NCBI GenBank assembly: GCA_965215605.1
Contig: OZ244070.1
Span: forward strand, 1,856,001 to 1,920,000
Length of the DNA: 64,000 nucleotides
From: an uncultured Candidatus Binatia bacterium
GTDB lineage: Bacteria > Desulfobacterota > Binatia > UBA9968 > JAJDTQ01
Direction of reading: 5' to 3'
The position numbers were made by a program, and so were the translations under genes. Below, one piece after another: positions 38,912 to 49,759 of this stretch. The notes under the pieces were generated by a model that saw only the letters and a list, made by a program, of their open reading frames with translations, searched no databases and was not told the origin of the DNA. Numbering within the stretch: position 1 is the first letter of the stretch; the number at the start of each line of letters is the position of its first letter.

Positions 38912-40101
38912 TGTCGGAGCAAGTGGCGCGTGACCACGCAAATGCCGCGGACTACGTCTACGTCCGCGAATACGCTGACCTCGAGCGGTTGATCCGCCGT
39001 ATCGATGACGGCAAGCGGGTCGCGCTCGATATCGAGGCCGACAGCCTTCACAGCTACACGGAGAAGGTCTGCCTGATCCAGCTTTCCGTCGGAGGTGAGG
39101 ACTTCGTCGTCGACCCCCTTTCCGGCCTCGACTACGACGGCCTCGTACATGCTTTGGCAGGCAAGCCGCTGATCGCCCACGGCGGCGACTACGATCTGCG
39201 CATGCTGCGGGCGTGGCAGGGGTTCCGCCCGCGGGGCGCACTCTTCGACACCATGATTGCCGCTCAACTGCTGGGCATCGAACAGATTGGGCTGGCGGCC
39301 CTGGTCGAGAGATTCCTCGACGTCACCATGACCAAGGACTCGCAGAAGTCCGACTGGTCGCGCCGGCCGCTGAGCGAAAAGCAGTTGCGTTACGCGGCCA
39401 ACGACACGCGGCATCTCGAGGAGCTCGCCGAGTGCCTGCACGGCGAACTGCTGGAGCGGGGACGGGTGGAGTGGCACCGCGAGAGTTGCGCGGCCATGGT
39501 GGAGGCCACCGGGCGCGATCGTCAGCGCGACTCTCGGGAAGCTTGGCGAATCAAGGGATCCGGCCGGCTGACTCCCCGCCAGCTTGGGTATCTGCGGGAA
39601 GCCTGGGGGTGGCGTGAGGAGCGCGCCCGGCGCGCCGACCGTCCGACCTTCAAGGTCCTGGGCAACCGGCAACTCCTGGAGTTGGTCCTGTGGGCGGAGT
39701 CCCATCCGGACGAGGCGTTGGAGCAGGGGCCGAAGCTGCCGCGCGACATCGTCGGCTCCCGCAGGAGGGCGCTCAAGCACGCGCTTGACCGGGCGACGGC
39801 CATGACCCCGGCGGAGTGGCCGGAACGAATCAGGGCCCCGCGGGAACATCCGCCGCCCATGGACCAGCGGGAGCTCGACGCGTTGCGCGGCCAATGCGCC
39901 GGGATCGCCGAGGCGCTGGAGATCGCGCCGTCGACGCTGGCGCCAAAGGCGGCGCTCGAGGCCATCGTCCAGCAGCGGCCCGAGACTATCGATGAGGTCA
40001 TGGCGAGCGGGGGGCTGTTGCGTTGGCAGGCGGAGTTGGTGCGTCCCGCGGTGGAACGAGCGCTGAACGGGACGCCGGACGATGCTGCCTCATCGGCCTG
40101 A
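38911..40101 (+). CDS. rnd: Ribonuclease D-like 3'-5' exonuclease with HRDC domain
   Basis: ALDIEAD, CLIQL, HGGDYD, FDTMIAA, SDWSRRPL, YAAND, WREERAR..DRP. Confidence 0.85.
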   Translation: MSEQVARDHANAADYVYVREYADLERLIRRIDDGKRVALDIEADSLHSYTEKVCLIQLSVGGEDFVVDPLSGLDYDGLVHALAGKPLIAHGGDYDLRMLRAWQGFRPRGALFDTMIAAQLLGIEQIGLAALVERFLDVTMTKDSQKSDWSRRPLSEKQLRYAANDTRHLEELAECLHGELLERGRVEWHRESCAAMVEATGRDRQRDSREAWRIKGSGRLTPRQLGYLREAWGWREERARRADRPTFKVLGNRQLLELVLWAESHPDEALEQGPKLPRDIVGSRRRALKHALDRATAMTPAEWPERIRAPREHPPPMDQRELDALRGQCAGIAEALEIAPSTLAPKAALEAIVQQRPETIDEVMASGGLLRWQAELVRPAVERALNGTPDDAASSA

Positions 40102-40189
40102 AGGACCCGGCCGGCAAGATGTGCTATAGGTCGAGCAAGGCCCGCGGCGTTTGCCCGGCAGTCATACCGTGACGAGAGGAGCCGTGATC

Positions 40190-41623
40190 ATGGGAAATCG
40201 AGCGGCAGAGATACACGACGGCCTGAAGCACCCGGTGATCGACGGCGACGGCCACTGGATCGAGCCGATCCCGGTCTTTCTCGAGTACCTGAGCGAGGCG
40301 GGCGGCCCCGGCGCCGTCGACCAGATCCGGGACCTCTGGCGCCGCAACCAGGGCTGGTACCGGGCCACCCCGCAGGAGCGCCAGCACCACCGCATGCGCC
40401 GTACCATCTGGTGGGGCGTCACCGCCGATACCCTCGACAAGGCCACGGGGCTGTTGCCGGGGCTGCTGAACGAGCGGCTGCCGGAGCTGGGCATCGACTT
40501 CGCGATGATCTACCCGAGCTTCGGGCTGAGCGTCAACGGCATTCAGGACGACGACCTGCACCGGGCGGGAGTCCGGGCTTACAACATGATGACGGCCGAC
40601 ATGTTCGGGCCGTATTCCGAACGGTTCTGTCCGGTGGCCATCATCCCGGCGCACAATCCCGACGAGGCCCTGGAGGAGCTGGAGTACGCCGTCGTGCGGC
40701 GCGGCTACAGGGCCATCATGCTGCGGGGCAACCAGGAGCGGAAGATCCCGGGCGCGGCCGAAGGCATCGATCCGCGCAAGGCGGCCTGGTACTGCGACAA
40801 CATCGCCCTGGACAGTCCGTATGACTACGAGCCCGTCTGGCAGCGGTGCGTCGAGTTGGGCGTGGCGGTGACCCAGCACTCGGGCAGCGGCCGCTGGCAT
40901 GATCGCGCCTCCATCAGCAACTTCACCTTCAACCACGTCGGCCATTTCGCCGAGTCGAACCACGCGTTCGCCCGCGGCGTCTTCCTGGGCGGCTTGGTGA
41001 ACCGTTACCCGAGCCTCAACTTCGGCTTCATGGAGGGTGGCATAAGCTGGGCCTGCCAGATGTGCTTCGACCTCATCGAGCACTGGGAGAAGCGCCGGCG
41101 CGCCGGTTTGCAGTACCCGGACACGACCAACGTCCAGGAGTTGAAGGAGTTCATCGACCGCTACGGCGATGAGAAGCTCAAGCGCAACGCCGACGCCATC
41201 ATGGACAACCTCGACGCCTTCCGGCCCCACTGCAGCCTCGACGAGCTGGCCAGGCCCGAGCACGTGGTGGACGATTTCGAGGCCGCGGGCATCAACTCCG
41301 AAGAGGACGTCGAGGCGGTGTTCGCCAACAACTTCTTCTTCGGCTGCGAGGCGGACGACCGCGCCACCATGTGGGCGTTCGATCCGCGCATGGGCGTGCG
41401 GCTCCAACCGATTTTCAGCTCCGACTTCACGCACTTCGACGTGCCGGACTTCAAGGACGTGATTCCGGAATCGTACGAGATGGTGGAGAAGGGTCACGTG
41501 AACGAGCAGGACTTCCGGGAGTTCACCTTCACCAACGCCGCGCGCCTGCACACCCGCAACAACCCCGACTTCTTCAAGGGTACCGTCGTCGAACAGGCCG
41601 TGGCCGACGAGCTCGGCCTGTAG
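40190..41623 (+). CDS. Amidohydrolase family protein (long form)
   Basis: IDGDGH, IYPS, FGFMEGG, GCEADD, SSDFTHFD. Confidence 0.88.
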   Translation: MGNRAAEIHDGLKHPVIDGDGHWIEPIPVFLEYLSEAGGPGAVDQIRDLWRRNQGWYRATPQERQHHRMRRTIWWGVTADTLDKATGLLPGLLNERLPELGIDFAMIYPSFGLSVNGIQDDDLHRAGVRAYNMMTADMFGPYSERFCPVAIIPAHNPDEALEELEYAVVRRGYRAIMLRGNQERKIPGAAEGIDPRKAAWYCDNIALDSPYDYEPVWQRCVELGVAVTQHSGSGRWHDRASISNFTFNHVGHFAESNHAFARGVFLGGLVNRYPSLNFGFMEGGISWACQMCFDLIEHWEKRRRAGLQYPDTTNVQELKEFIDRYGDEKLKRNADAIMDNLDAFRPHCSLDELARPEHVVDDFEAAGINSEEDVEAVFANNFFFGCEADDRATMWAFDPRMGVRLQPIFSSDFTHFDVPDFKDVIPESYEMVEKGHVNEQDFREFTFTNAARLHTRNNPDFFKGTVVEQAVADELGL

Positions 41624-41771
41624 ACGCAGGCGCCTGGATCCGCCGCGGGCCCGCTGCCCTTGACGTCACGGGCACGCCCTCAGGCTCGGCCACCCGCCGG
41701 CAATTGCGGACCGCACGTTCCCATAGTAAAATCCGGGTGTGGCCAAGGCCACGGTCCGTGACGGGGTTGGG

Positions 41772-42398
41772 ATGAAGGCATTTTCGGACATCAACGCGAT
41801 GCACTTCCGGAAGAGCGTCTTTACGGGAGAGACGTTGTTCTTCTTCGGGGTGTGGCCATGGCCGTCTACCTGGACGGGCTACATCATTACGTCCGAGGAG
41901 GACATCGCCGAGCTCAAGGCGCGCTTGAGAAAGTACCAGACGGTGAGGTTATTCGTGCTGGGTCCGCTCGTGGCCATGCTTTTGGCGCTCCTGGTCGGTT
42001 CCGGGTCGTGGCCGTCGGGCGGCAAATTCGTCGGACAGATCCTGATCGCGATCGTGGCAGCGTTCATCGCCGAGGGGATCACGTCGTTCGTAGGGAAGCG
42101 TTTCCTGCTTGATCCGATCCTCAGCAACTGCGCTGTCTCCCAGGAGAAGGTGACCCGGCGCGACCTGCTGGAAGCCCATGCCGCGACTACGGGCCGGGTC
42201 CGGGCCGGTCATGTCATGCTCACGGTCCTCCCGCTCGCGGGAGGCCTCGCCCTGCTGTTTCGGGGCGACGGTCAGGAGGACCGTATCACGGGGATTTTGC
42301 TGATCGCCGTCGCCGTCGGCGTCGCTGTGTTGGCGGTGAAAACCGCCCGGGAGGAGCGCCGGCGCAGGGAGCGCGATGCGTGGATGGTGAAGCCATAG
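41772..42398 (+). CDS. Hypothetical membrane protein (about 4 TM)
   Basis: Hydrophobic segments; no family recognised. Confidence 0.6.
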   Translation: MKAFSDINAMHFRKSVFTGETLFFFGVWPWPSTWTGYIITSEEDIAELKARLRKYQTVRLFVLGPLVAMLLALLVGSGSWPSGGKFVGQILIAIVAAFIAEGITSFVGKRFLLDPILSNCAVSQEKVTRRDLLEAHAATTGRVRAGHVMLTVLPLAGGLALLFRGDGQEDRITGILLIAVAVGVAVLAVKTAREERRRRERDAWMVKP

Positions 42399-42435
42399 GG
42401 ACGCCTGCCGCTACCCGTGATTGCCCCGCCAGCGT

Positions 42436-42897
42436 CTACATGGAGAGCTTGGTTGCCGGGATTTCCCTTCGGGCGACGGTCTGGTTCACCAACGCGAGCT
42501 CGTTGACGCGCACCACGTTGCCGCCGCCGACGTCCCTATTCCGGGCTACGAACCTGACGTAGAGGATCGAGCCGGATTCAACCCTTACATCGATCTTCGC
42601 CGTATCGGTGGTGATGGGCATACTGCCCATCACCGCGACGATCGTGTGCATGCCCGGCGGCATCTGGCGGACCTGGTAGCCGCCGTTCCCCAGGTCCGGC
42701 CCGAGCCGGCCGTCGACCTGAACGCGCACGGGAAGCATGTCGCCGACCACGGACCACGGCCGGTAAAGATAGACGACGCCAACACCCGCCCTGGGGCTCT
42801 TCCACCCGTCGAAGCGCGGTCCCGTGGCCATGGCGCAACCGCCAAGCAGGAATAGCAGCCCGGCGGCAATTCCAATCCATCTCCTGGTGGCGTTCAT
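42436..42897 (-). CDS. DUF2846-like lipoprotein
   Basis: Lipobox LGGC; VVYLYRP, VDG..GPDLGNGGY, PPG.HTI. Confidence 0.75.
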   Translation of the reverse strand: MNATRRWIGIAAGLLFLLGGCAMATGPRFDGWKSPRAGVGVVYLYRPWSVVGDMLPVRVQVDGRLGPDLGNGGYQVRQMPPGMHTIVAVMGSMPITTDTAKIDVRVESGSILYVRFVARNRDVGGGNVVRVNELALVNQTVARREIPATKLSM

Positions 42898-42934
42898 GGC
42901 ATTCAGCCGGCGGCCGCCTGCTGCGCTCCCGCCG

Positions 42935-43948
42935 TTATGCCTCCAGCCCCAGCGAGTAGAACCGGTTGCAGTTGTCGAAGAAGACCTTCCGCTTCTGGTC
43001 CTCGGAAATGTCGGTGCGCTCCCGGACCTCTTTGGTGGCGTTGGGCCAGATGGTGTCCCAGTGTGGGTAGTCGGCGGCGAACAGCCACATGTCGTCGCCG
43101 TAGCGGTCCATGCAGTAGGGCAGCATGGCGTCGTCCGGATCGAAACTCACGTACACCCGTCCGCTGGTGACGTACTCGCTGGGCTTGGCCTTGAGGAGTG
43201 GCGCCTCCTCGCTACGCCGCTCGTAGTGCTCGTCGATGCGGTCGAGCCAGTAGGGAAGCCAGCCGCACCCGGCCTCGAAGAAGCCCAACTTGAGCTTGGG
43301 GAAGCGTTCCATCACCCCGCAGGTGACGATGCCGAGAAAGGCCTGCATGATCTCGAAGGAAAAGCTCACGGTGTGGGCCTGGAGAAAGCTCTCCCAGCGT
43401 TCCTGCCCCTCCGCGCCCCAGGAGTTGCCGTGGAAGCAGACCGGGATGTCCAGGCGCTCGGCCTCGGCGTAGATGGGCCAGAACTCCTCGGCGCCGAGGT
43501 TCTTCTTGTGGCCGTGGGTGTGGATCATCACGCCCGGGTGGTGCCACTTGTTGACGGCGCGGTTGAGCTCTTCCACGGCCGCGGGCACATCCTTGAGCGA
43601 GACCGTGGCGATGCCCTTCATGCGTGGGTTCTGCTGCTGGATCTCGCCGATGTAGTCGTTCCAGGCCCGCGCCAGCGCCTTCTGGAGGTCGCTCTGGGGG
43701 ACGAGGCTGAGGCTCAGTCCCATGGTCGGATACGTGACGGTAAGGTTGATGCCCTCCACGTCCATGTCCGCGACGTACCCGTCCGCGCCGATGGTCTGTT
43801 TCCCCATGCGTCCGAGGAAGCGGTCCCAGGTGTCGCTGGGAAAGAGCCCCTGGCGGATACGCTGGAACTGCTCCGGTACGCGGGAGCGGTAGTCGTCGAT
43901 GGTTTCGCGGATGTGCGAGTCGGAGTCCAGGATCGGGTAGCCGGCCAT
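42935..43948 (-). CDS. Amidohydrolase family protein
   Basis: LDSDSH, TYPT, VCFH, FFEAGCGW, AADYPH. Confidence 0.9.
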   Translation of the reverse strand: MAGYPILDSDSHIRETIDDYRSRVPEQFQRIRQGLFPSDTWDRFLGRMGKQTIGADGYVADMDVEGINLTVTYPTMGLSLSLVPQSDLQKALARAWNDYIGEIQQQNPRMKGIATVSLKDVPAAVEELNRAVNKWHHPGVMIHTHGHKKNLGAEEFWPIYAEAERLDIPVCFHGNSWGAEGQERWESFLQAHTVSFSFEIMQAFLGIVTCGVMERFPKLKLGFFEAGCGWLPYWLDRIDEHYERRSEEAPLLKAKPSEYVTSGRVYVSFDPDDAMLPYCMDRYGDDMWLFAADYPHWDTIWPNATKEVRERTDISEDQKRKVFFDNCNRFYSLGLEA

Positions 43949-44074
43949 GTGCGTTACCTCCACGGAGAGTTGTTCGTATTCATGTGAATACGGCAAGAGT
44001 TTGCCGCGTGTCAATCAGGGCCGGGGCGCGAGACGAACGCGTGACGCCCTCGTTCTTCGGCTTTGGGAGAGTTG

Positions 44075-44422
44075 TCAGTCCGCGGCGCCGTAAACCCGGT
44101 CGGTCTTGGCCGCCATGATGAAGTCGTTGCGGTGGAGGTTGCGGATCTTGTGGGTCCACCAGGTGACGCGGACCCGTCCCCATTCGGTCACGATCCGCGG
44201 GTGGTGACCCTCCGCCTCGGCGATGTCGCCCACGGCCGCGGTAAAGGCCAGCGACCGGGCGAAGTTCCTGAACTTGAAGAGCCGGTCCAGCCTGGGGATC
44301 CCGTCCTCCTCGATCATCGCCCACTCCGGCGTCTGCGGCTTGAGCTCGCGGACTTCCTCTTCGGTGACCACCGGGGCGTCGGCCCGGCACGCTACGCATT
44401 TCTCTTCGGTCAACTGGCTCAT
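44075..44422 (-). CDS. phhB: Pterin-4-alpha-carbinolamine dehydratase
   Basis: [37 protein letters not shown]. Confidence 0.92.
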   Translation of the reverse strand: MSQLTEEKCVACRADAPVVTEEEVRELKPQTPEWAMIEEDGIPRLDRLFKFRNFARSLAFTAAVGDIAEAEGHHPRIVTEWGRVRVTWWTHKIRNLHRNDFIMAAKTDRVYGAAD

Positions 44423-44449
44423 GGGATCCCTCCAGGGCTGGATGACTTT

Positions 44450-44680
44450 GCTTCGCCGCCCGCGGTGCGCCGCGCGACAAGATCGACGCCCATGTCGCGG
44501 CCATCGAGGCCGGTCAATGCCCCTCGCTCGGGCCAGTCGGGCCGGCGCCAGATTTCCTCGATCTCGAATTCGGGCTGCTGAAGCGCGATCCGAATGAACA
44601 ACTGCTCGAACCAGCGCCCCTTCTCGGACTCGTCGCGGATGCGTTCGAGGATGGCGTCCGCGCTTGGCCATCCAGCGAGG
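44450..44680 (-). pseudogene. N-terminal Mrr-like nuclease fragment of a Type ISP-like restriction helicase
   Basis: [11 protein letters not shown]...IWRRPDWP...DMGVDLVAR; similarity ends abruptly. Confidence 0.65.
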
Positions 44681-44774
44681 TCAAGGCTGATCTGCGCCGC
44701 CGCCAAACTTAGTACACTAGGACTCCCCGCCGTCGAGGGGCTTTTGCGTGGGCGCGCCTGCGTCCGATCGGTGT

Positions 44775-45080
44775 TCATCCTGTCGTGTGCAGCCCGCTGA
44801 CCGCGTCCAGGGTCGGCAGCCGGGCGATCGCTTGGCCGTTCTTCCGCTCCGCGAGCCGCAGCTCATAGAGCTTCCGGAGGTTGAGCCAGAACTCCCCGGA
44901 GGTGCCGAAGAAGCGCCCCAAGCGCAAGGCCGTGTCGCCGGTGATCGACCGTCGACCGTTGAGTATCTCCTTAATGCGGTTCACCGGCACCTCGATGCGC
45001 TGCGCCAATGCCGCGGCGCTCATGCCGAGGGCATCGAGATCCTCGCGCAGGGTTTCGCCCGGATGAATGGGTTCGCGCAT
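44775..45080 (-). CDS. higA: HigA-family antitoxin (no adjacent HigB)
   Basis: PIHPGETL, ILNGRRSITGDTALRLGRFFGTSGEFWLNL. Confidence 0.88.
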   Translation of the reverse strand: MREPIHPGETLREDLDALGMSAAALAQRIEVPVNRIKEILNGRRSITGDTALRLGRFFGTSGEFWLNLRKLYELRLAERKNGQAIARLPTLDAVSGLHTTG

Positions 45081-45096
45081 GACTTGCCTCCTCAAA

Positions 45097-45414
45097 TTAC
45101 GCAACTGCGCCCAGGCCGTTTTTCGCGACTACCGTCAGCAGTTTCAATGAGGCCCCCCGCGGTCGCTTCTCGCCGCGCTCCCACTGGCTCACCAGCCCCG
45201 TGGTCACGTTGAGGTAGCGCGCGAACACAGCCTGGCTCGCGTTTTCCCGAAGCCGCAGCGTCCGAATGTCCTCCGGCGACATCACCTCCACGGGCGTCAG
45301 GCACATCTCGTCGAACACACGCATGGTTTTCTTGGACATGACGCCGGCCTCCGCCAGACCGAGCGCCGCCTCGTGCGCGGCCGCCAGCGCCTCACTCTTG
45401 TACTGCTTGGTCAT
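45097..45414 (-). CDS. XRE HTH antitoxin (YiaG-like)
   Basis: IRTLR..SQAVFARYLNV..VSQWERGEKRP.GASLKLL. Confidence 0.88.
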   Translation of the reverse strand: MTKQYKSEALAAAHEAALGLAEAGVMSKKTMRVFDEMCLTPVEVMSPEDIRTLRLRENASQAVFARYLNVTTGLVSQWERGEKRPRGASLKLLTVVAKNGLGAVA

Positions 45415-45781
45415 CGCATTTCACCTCGGTAATCGCTCCAACCCTCTGCGCTGCGGCGAGGCCGGCTTGGTCCAGCGAAAGGTATTCGTCTGCCAGCAAC
45501 CGGAACGTCGCCAGCTCGTCCCGCCGCACATTATCCCGGTCGCTCTTGGCGAAGCCGTAGACGAAAAACGCCAGTTCGCCCCTGCGAAACAGCATGATCG
45601 TCCGGAACCCGCCGGAGCGGCCGCCACCCTTGCGGGCGATGCGCTGCTTGATGACGCCTCCGCCCAGGTCGGCATCTATCAGGCCTTTCCGAGCACGGCG
45701 AACCGCGTCGCACAGCGCATCGTCCTCCAGTCCCTCGCGGTTCGCGAAACGCGCGAACGCCTTGGTCTTGAACGTCTGCAA
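45392..45781 (-). CDS. RelE/ParE-family toxin
   Basis: FKTKAFARF, DADLGGGVIKQRIAR..GRSGGFR, FFVYGFAKS; TTG start. Confidence 0.85.
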   Translation of the reverse strand: MQTFKTKAFARFANREGLEDDALCDAVRRARKGLIDADLGGGVIKQRIARKGGGRSGGFRTIMLFRRGELAFFVYGFAKSDRDNVRRDELATFRLLADEYLSLDQAGLAAAQRVGAITEVKCDDQAVQE

Positions 45782-46349
45782 TCCTGACCCCGTGAGCGCC
45801 TGCCATCGGAGCCATTTTATAGCACTGAGTGTGTGCGATACCAATCTGGCTTCGGATGCAGGCGCGGTCTCCGCACGGTCGCCCTGTGGCTTTTGGGCAA
45901 CGCGGCTTCCACCCGCCAATTGCATCGCCGGAAAGGTTCGCCGACTCGTCCGCATCCGTATGGCCGTCGAAGCGACCTCGTCGGGCCTGCGGCCTGAGAT
46001 CGGCTGGCACCAGGAAGAGGGCGAGTCTGGCCGGAAGTAGGGCGGTGGTCGGCGCTCCGGGAGAGGAGTCCTGCCGCCGTTCCCTTTTACCCGACTCAAG
46101 GAGCACGGCACGATGCAGGCGGCACTCGCACCGCGCGGCGACGCGCAGACCTTTCTTACCTATTTCGTCGGCGACGGCCTAGACGACGACCGCTACGTCA
46201 TTCAGCGCTACCTGTCCCGGGCCAACGGCGACATCTTCCCCGTCGACGCAGAAGGCGCCAAGCCGAAGGGTCGGCGCCGGCCTCGTCCGACCGTCGCCTC
46301 GTTGAAGAAGGTCGAGAACCCGCGTCCGGCCCGCGACGAAATCATCATC

Positions 46350-46850
46350 GCCACGGGAATCACACTGCGCCGCGCTGGCGAAGTCGTCTCCCTCGAATGG
46401 GATTGGATCAAGGGCAAACGCATCTTCCTTCCGGACTCCAAGTCCGGGCCGCGCACGGTCTGGCTGTCGAGCGCCGCCCGCGCGGTCATCGACGCCATCC
46501 CGCGCTACAGCCCCGATTGCCCGTTCCTGTTTCCGGCCCGTCCCCCGACGCGGCACATCGACAACTTCGAGTACCAGTGGCACCGCATCCGCAACGAGGC
46601 GGGTTTGCCCGGCTTGAGGCTTCATGACCTCCGCCACAACTGGGCTTCGGTCGCCGCCATGAACGGCGTGGACATGGTGACCATCGCCAAGCTGCTTGGT
46701 CATGCCCTCGTCGAGACCACGGAGCGTTACACCCATCTTTCCGACCAGACCGTTTCGCACGCCGCCGACCAGGTGTCGAACCGCATCCATGCGGCCTTGG
46801 CCGGAAGGGGCGCAGAGCAAGAGGGAGGAGACCGCCATGCCCACCGTTGA
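46350..46850 (+). pseudogene. Tyrosine integrase C-terminal fragment
   Basis: TG..RAGEV..L.W, DSKSG, RLHDLRH, LLGH..TTERY; N-terminal half missing. Confidence 0.8.
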
Positions 46851-47485
46851 CCTCACCCCGCGCCTGGCCCGCGAGAGCAAGCCCGGCTTCAGGGACACGT
46901 TCCTGTTTGACAAGACGCTGCCCGGCTTCGGGCTGCGCATCCACCCCTCGGGCCGGAAGGTCTGGATCGTGCAGGCCCGCATCGAGGGACGGAGCCGCCG
47001 CATCGTCATCGCACGGCACGCCGAGATGGAGATTGCAGAGGCCCGCCGCCGCGCCCGCGAGATCCTCGCTCGCATCCGCGCGGGCGAGGACCCCGCAGAC
47101 GACATCCAGAGAGAGAAGGAGACCGCGACCTTGGGGAGTTCGCGGACGAGTACCTGCGGCGCTCAGCGCCGCACTGGAAGCCGTCGGGGCGCAAGACCGT
47201 GCGCATCTACCTCAAGGCCCGCATCCTGCCCGCTTTCGGCAGGATGCCGCTTGACCGCATCGGCCCCGGGCACGTGGCCGCGTGGTTCGACGCGGCCAGC
47301 AAGGACAAGCCCGGCGCGGCCAACCGCGCCTTCGAGATTCTACGCTCGATGATGTTCCGGGCCGAGGAGTGGGGTTTGCTGGAGCGCAACAGCAATCCCT
47401 GTCTCGGCATCGCCAGGAACCCGGCGAAGCGCGTCGCCCGGTTCCTCGACGCCGGCGAGCTGGCGCGGCTAGGCCGCGCGCTCGA
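46837..47485 (+). pseudogene. Tyrosine integrase N-terminal (Arm-DNA-binding) fragment, frameshifted and truncated
   Basis: FDKTLPGFGLRIHPSGRKVW; frameshift near 47130; ends at the ankyrin cassette. Confidence 0.8.
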
Positions 47486-47636
47486 CAGGCCGGTTATCCG
47501 TTTCTGGCAAGCCCTTGCGGGCTCAACGACCTCCGCCCCAGCACAGAAGAGCATCGTACAGGCTCCGCAAGGACGCGGGAGGAGTCCGCCCCTCGCATTT
47601 CCCCGAGCGTTCCCTGTTCATTCATCGGCCCCGTCC

Positions 47637-48299
47637 TCATCGCGCCCCGTGCGCTTTCAGTGTCCGGATCACTTCCTGAAAAGGTTTGACGCTCCCCTCT
47701 GTCTTTTCCATCCTGAGTCGGGCTAGGTCCAGAGGAGTGACTTTACCTTCGGCTCTCGCATTCACCTTCGCGCCAGCAGAGAGCAATGCCTTCACCGCTC
47801 CCGCTCGGCCATTGAGTGCCGCCCAGTGAAGGGGAGTCCTCTCATCTTTGGATTTGGCGTTCACCTTCGCGCCAGCAGAGAGCAATGCCTTCACCGCTCC
47901 CGCTCGGCCATTGAGTGCCGCCCAGTGAAGGGGAGTCCTCTCATCTTTGGATTTGGCGTTCACCTTCGCGCCAGCAGAGAGCAATGCCTTCACCACTCCC
48001 GCTTGGCCGTTGTCTGCCGCCCAGTGAAGGGGAGTCCACCCATCTTTGGATTTGGCGTTCACGTCCGCGCCAGCTGCGAGCAATGCCTTCACCGCTCCCG
48101 CTGGGCCATTGAGTGCCGCCCACTGAAGGGGCGTAAACCCATTTTTGTCTTTGGCGTTCACGTCCGCGCCAGCAGCGAGAAGTTCCCTGACGCGATGCTC
48201 GTCGCCCTGCCGCGCTGCGTCGTGGATCGGGGCCGCCATCAGGGCTGTTGGAGACCAAAGACACGCCAGCACAAGCACGGTCACCAATCGTCGAATCAT
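47637..48299 (-). CDS. Secreted ankyrin-repeat protein (5 repeats)
   Basis: Signal peptide MIRRLVTVLVLACL...; TPLHWAA..G...VKALL.AGA.VNAK repeats of 99 nt. Confidence 0.92.
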   Translation of the reverse strand: MIRRLVTVLVLACLWSPTALMAAPIHDAARQGDEHRVRELLAAGADVNAKDKNGFTPLQWAALNGPAGAVKALLAAGADVNAKSKDGWTPLHWAADNGQAGVVKALLSAGAKVNAKSKDERTPLHWAALNGRAGAVKALLSAGAKVNAKSKDERTPLHWAALNGRAGAVKALLSAGAKVNARAEGKVTPLDLARLRMEKTEGSVKPFQEVIRTLKAHGAR

Positions 48300-48677
48300 C
48301 GCGTCTCCTCTGGATTCAGATAAATCTGCTTCCCAGTCGCATCGACGGGCAAAGCTCGATGGAACCTTATGCAATGGCACGCGGCCATGGGTCAAGGAAT
48401 CCGCCGGAGCGGCGCCTTCGAAGCGTTTCTTCCTCGCCCGGGATTGCGGACGCGCACATGGCGACGATCCATTCTATAACGCACGGCAACCGCGCCGCCT
48501 GGACTTCCGGCGCAGCGTCTTGCAAAGCCAGAATCCAGCGCTCACCATCCCGCAAGCATTCGCCTGCCGTGATGAACGTCCAATCCAAGTGTCGCGGGCT
48601 GTACTGCGTGGCGGTAGCGAGTGAAACTGCACCGCCGCACCAGCCCGAGCCGACAGCGCCGACGGCGCGGGCCTCGA

Positions 48678-48992
48678 TCATGCGCGCAGCGCCCCCACGC
48701 GCCGATCCGCAGCCGTCCGGTCGCGCCGCGCCCGCGCAAGCTCGTAGCTCGCCTGCATCCGCATCCAATGCTCGGCGGTGCCCCAGCCGATGTCCTCCAA
48801 CGCCAGCGCTATGTTCGCCGACACGCCAGCCTTGCCATTCAGCAGCCGCGACAGCGTTCCGCGCTCACAGCCGAGCCGTGCCGCCGTCTCGGTCACGTTC
48901 CAGCCCACATCGTCCATGCTCTCGCGGATGAGTTCGCCCAGGTGCGGCGGGTTCTGCATCGGGCCGACGCGATCGCTTGCGGTGTCGTTCAT
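48678..48992 (-). CDS. higA: HigA-family antitoxin
   Basis: NPPHLGELI, LSRLLNGKAGVS..IALAL, HWMRMQ. Confidence 0.85.
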   Translation of the reverse strand: MNDTASDRVGPMQNPPHLGELIRESMDDVGWNVTETAARLGCERGTLSRLLNGKAGVSANIALALEDIGWGTAEHWMRMQASYELARARRDRTAADRRVGALRA

Positions 48993-49010
48993 GGTCAGCA
49001 CTCCCTCCGG

Positions 49011-49283
49011 TCAGTGGTAGTCGATCAGGTCCACGTCCACGGCCTCGCCGTCCTCGAATCGGAACACCACCCGCCAGTTGCCTGAGACGCGAACGCTCCA
49101 CTCGCCCGCGCGATCATCCTTGAGGGGATGCAGCCGGAAACCCGGCGCGTCGGCGCTGCCCGGATCCGTGGCCTCTTGCAGACGGAACAGGATACGCCGA
49201 AGCCGTGGCGCGAGACCGGCGGGAAGCCGCGCCGCGTCATCGCGCTCGTGCAGCGCCCGCAGCCCCTTGTGCCTGATCCTCAT
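49011..49283 (-). CDS. higB: HigB-family toxin
   Basis: IRHKGL, PGFRLHPLK, WSVRVSGNWRVVFRF, DYH; upstream imperfect IR TGTAGCGC..GCGTTACA (49291-49309). Confidence 0.88.
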   Translation of the reverse strand: MRIRHKGLRALHERDDAARLPAGLAPRLRRILFRLQEATDPGSADAPGFRLHPLKDDRAGEWSVRVSGNWRVVFRFEDGEAVDVDLIDYH

Positions 49284-49468
49284 GATTCACTGTAGCGCGC
49301 TGCGTTACACGCCTCAAGTGCTCGTCATGCCGTCCCGTCACGATGGCGCTCCACCCACCGGCCGTGTCGCTTGCCGTCCACAAAGGGGCCTTCTTCACCC
49401 GGTTTCGGCTCGTTGGACTTGCCGAAGGTCCTTGCAGGGCGCACGGTATTGCCGTATACCCGGACGGC

Positions 49469-49759
49469 ATGACCGTCCGCTCCATCCGTCACCGGGGCCT
49501 GCGCGAGCTGTTCGAGAACGACTCGCCCCGGCGGCTGAAGCAGGAGCTGGCGGAGCGGGTGCGCGGGATCGTGACGGCGCTCGCCCTAGCCGAGAACATG
49601 GAGGGCTTTGTCCGGGAGGCGGCGCCGGGTTGGCGCGTACATCGGCTGTCAGGCAGGCGACGCAACGAATGGAGCGTTTCGGTGTCCGCCAACTGGCGCA
49701 TCACCTTCGAGGAGCGGGACGGCGGGATCGAGCGTCTGAACCTGGAGGACTACCACTGA
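49469..49759 (+). CDS. higB: HigB-family toxin (second, divergent)
   Basis: SIRHRGL, PGWRVHRL, WSVSVSANWRITF, EDYH. Confidence 0.88.
   Translation: MTVRSIRHRGLRELFENDSPRRLKQELAERVRGIVTALALAENMEGFVREAAPGWRVHRLSGRRRNEWSVSVSANWRITFEERDGGIERLNLEDYH

Noticed and set aside
48367-48768. 133-aa ORF between higA and the ankyrin gene
   Set aside because: Overlaps neighbours and has no recognisable motif; possibly a remnant but unsupported.
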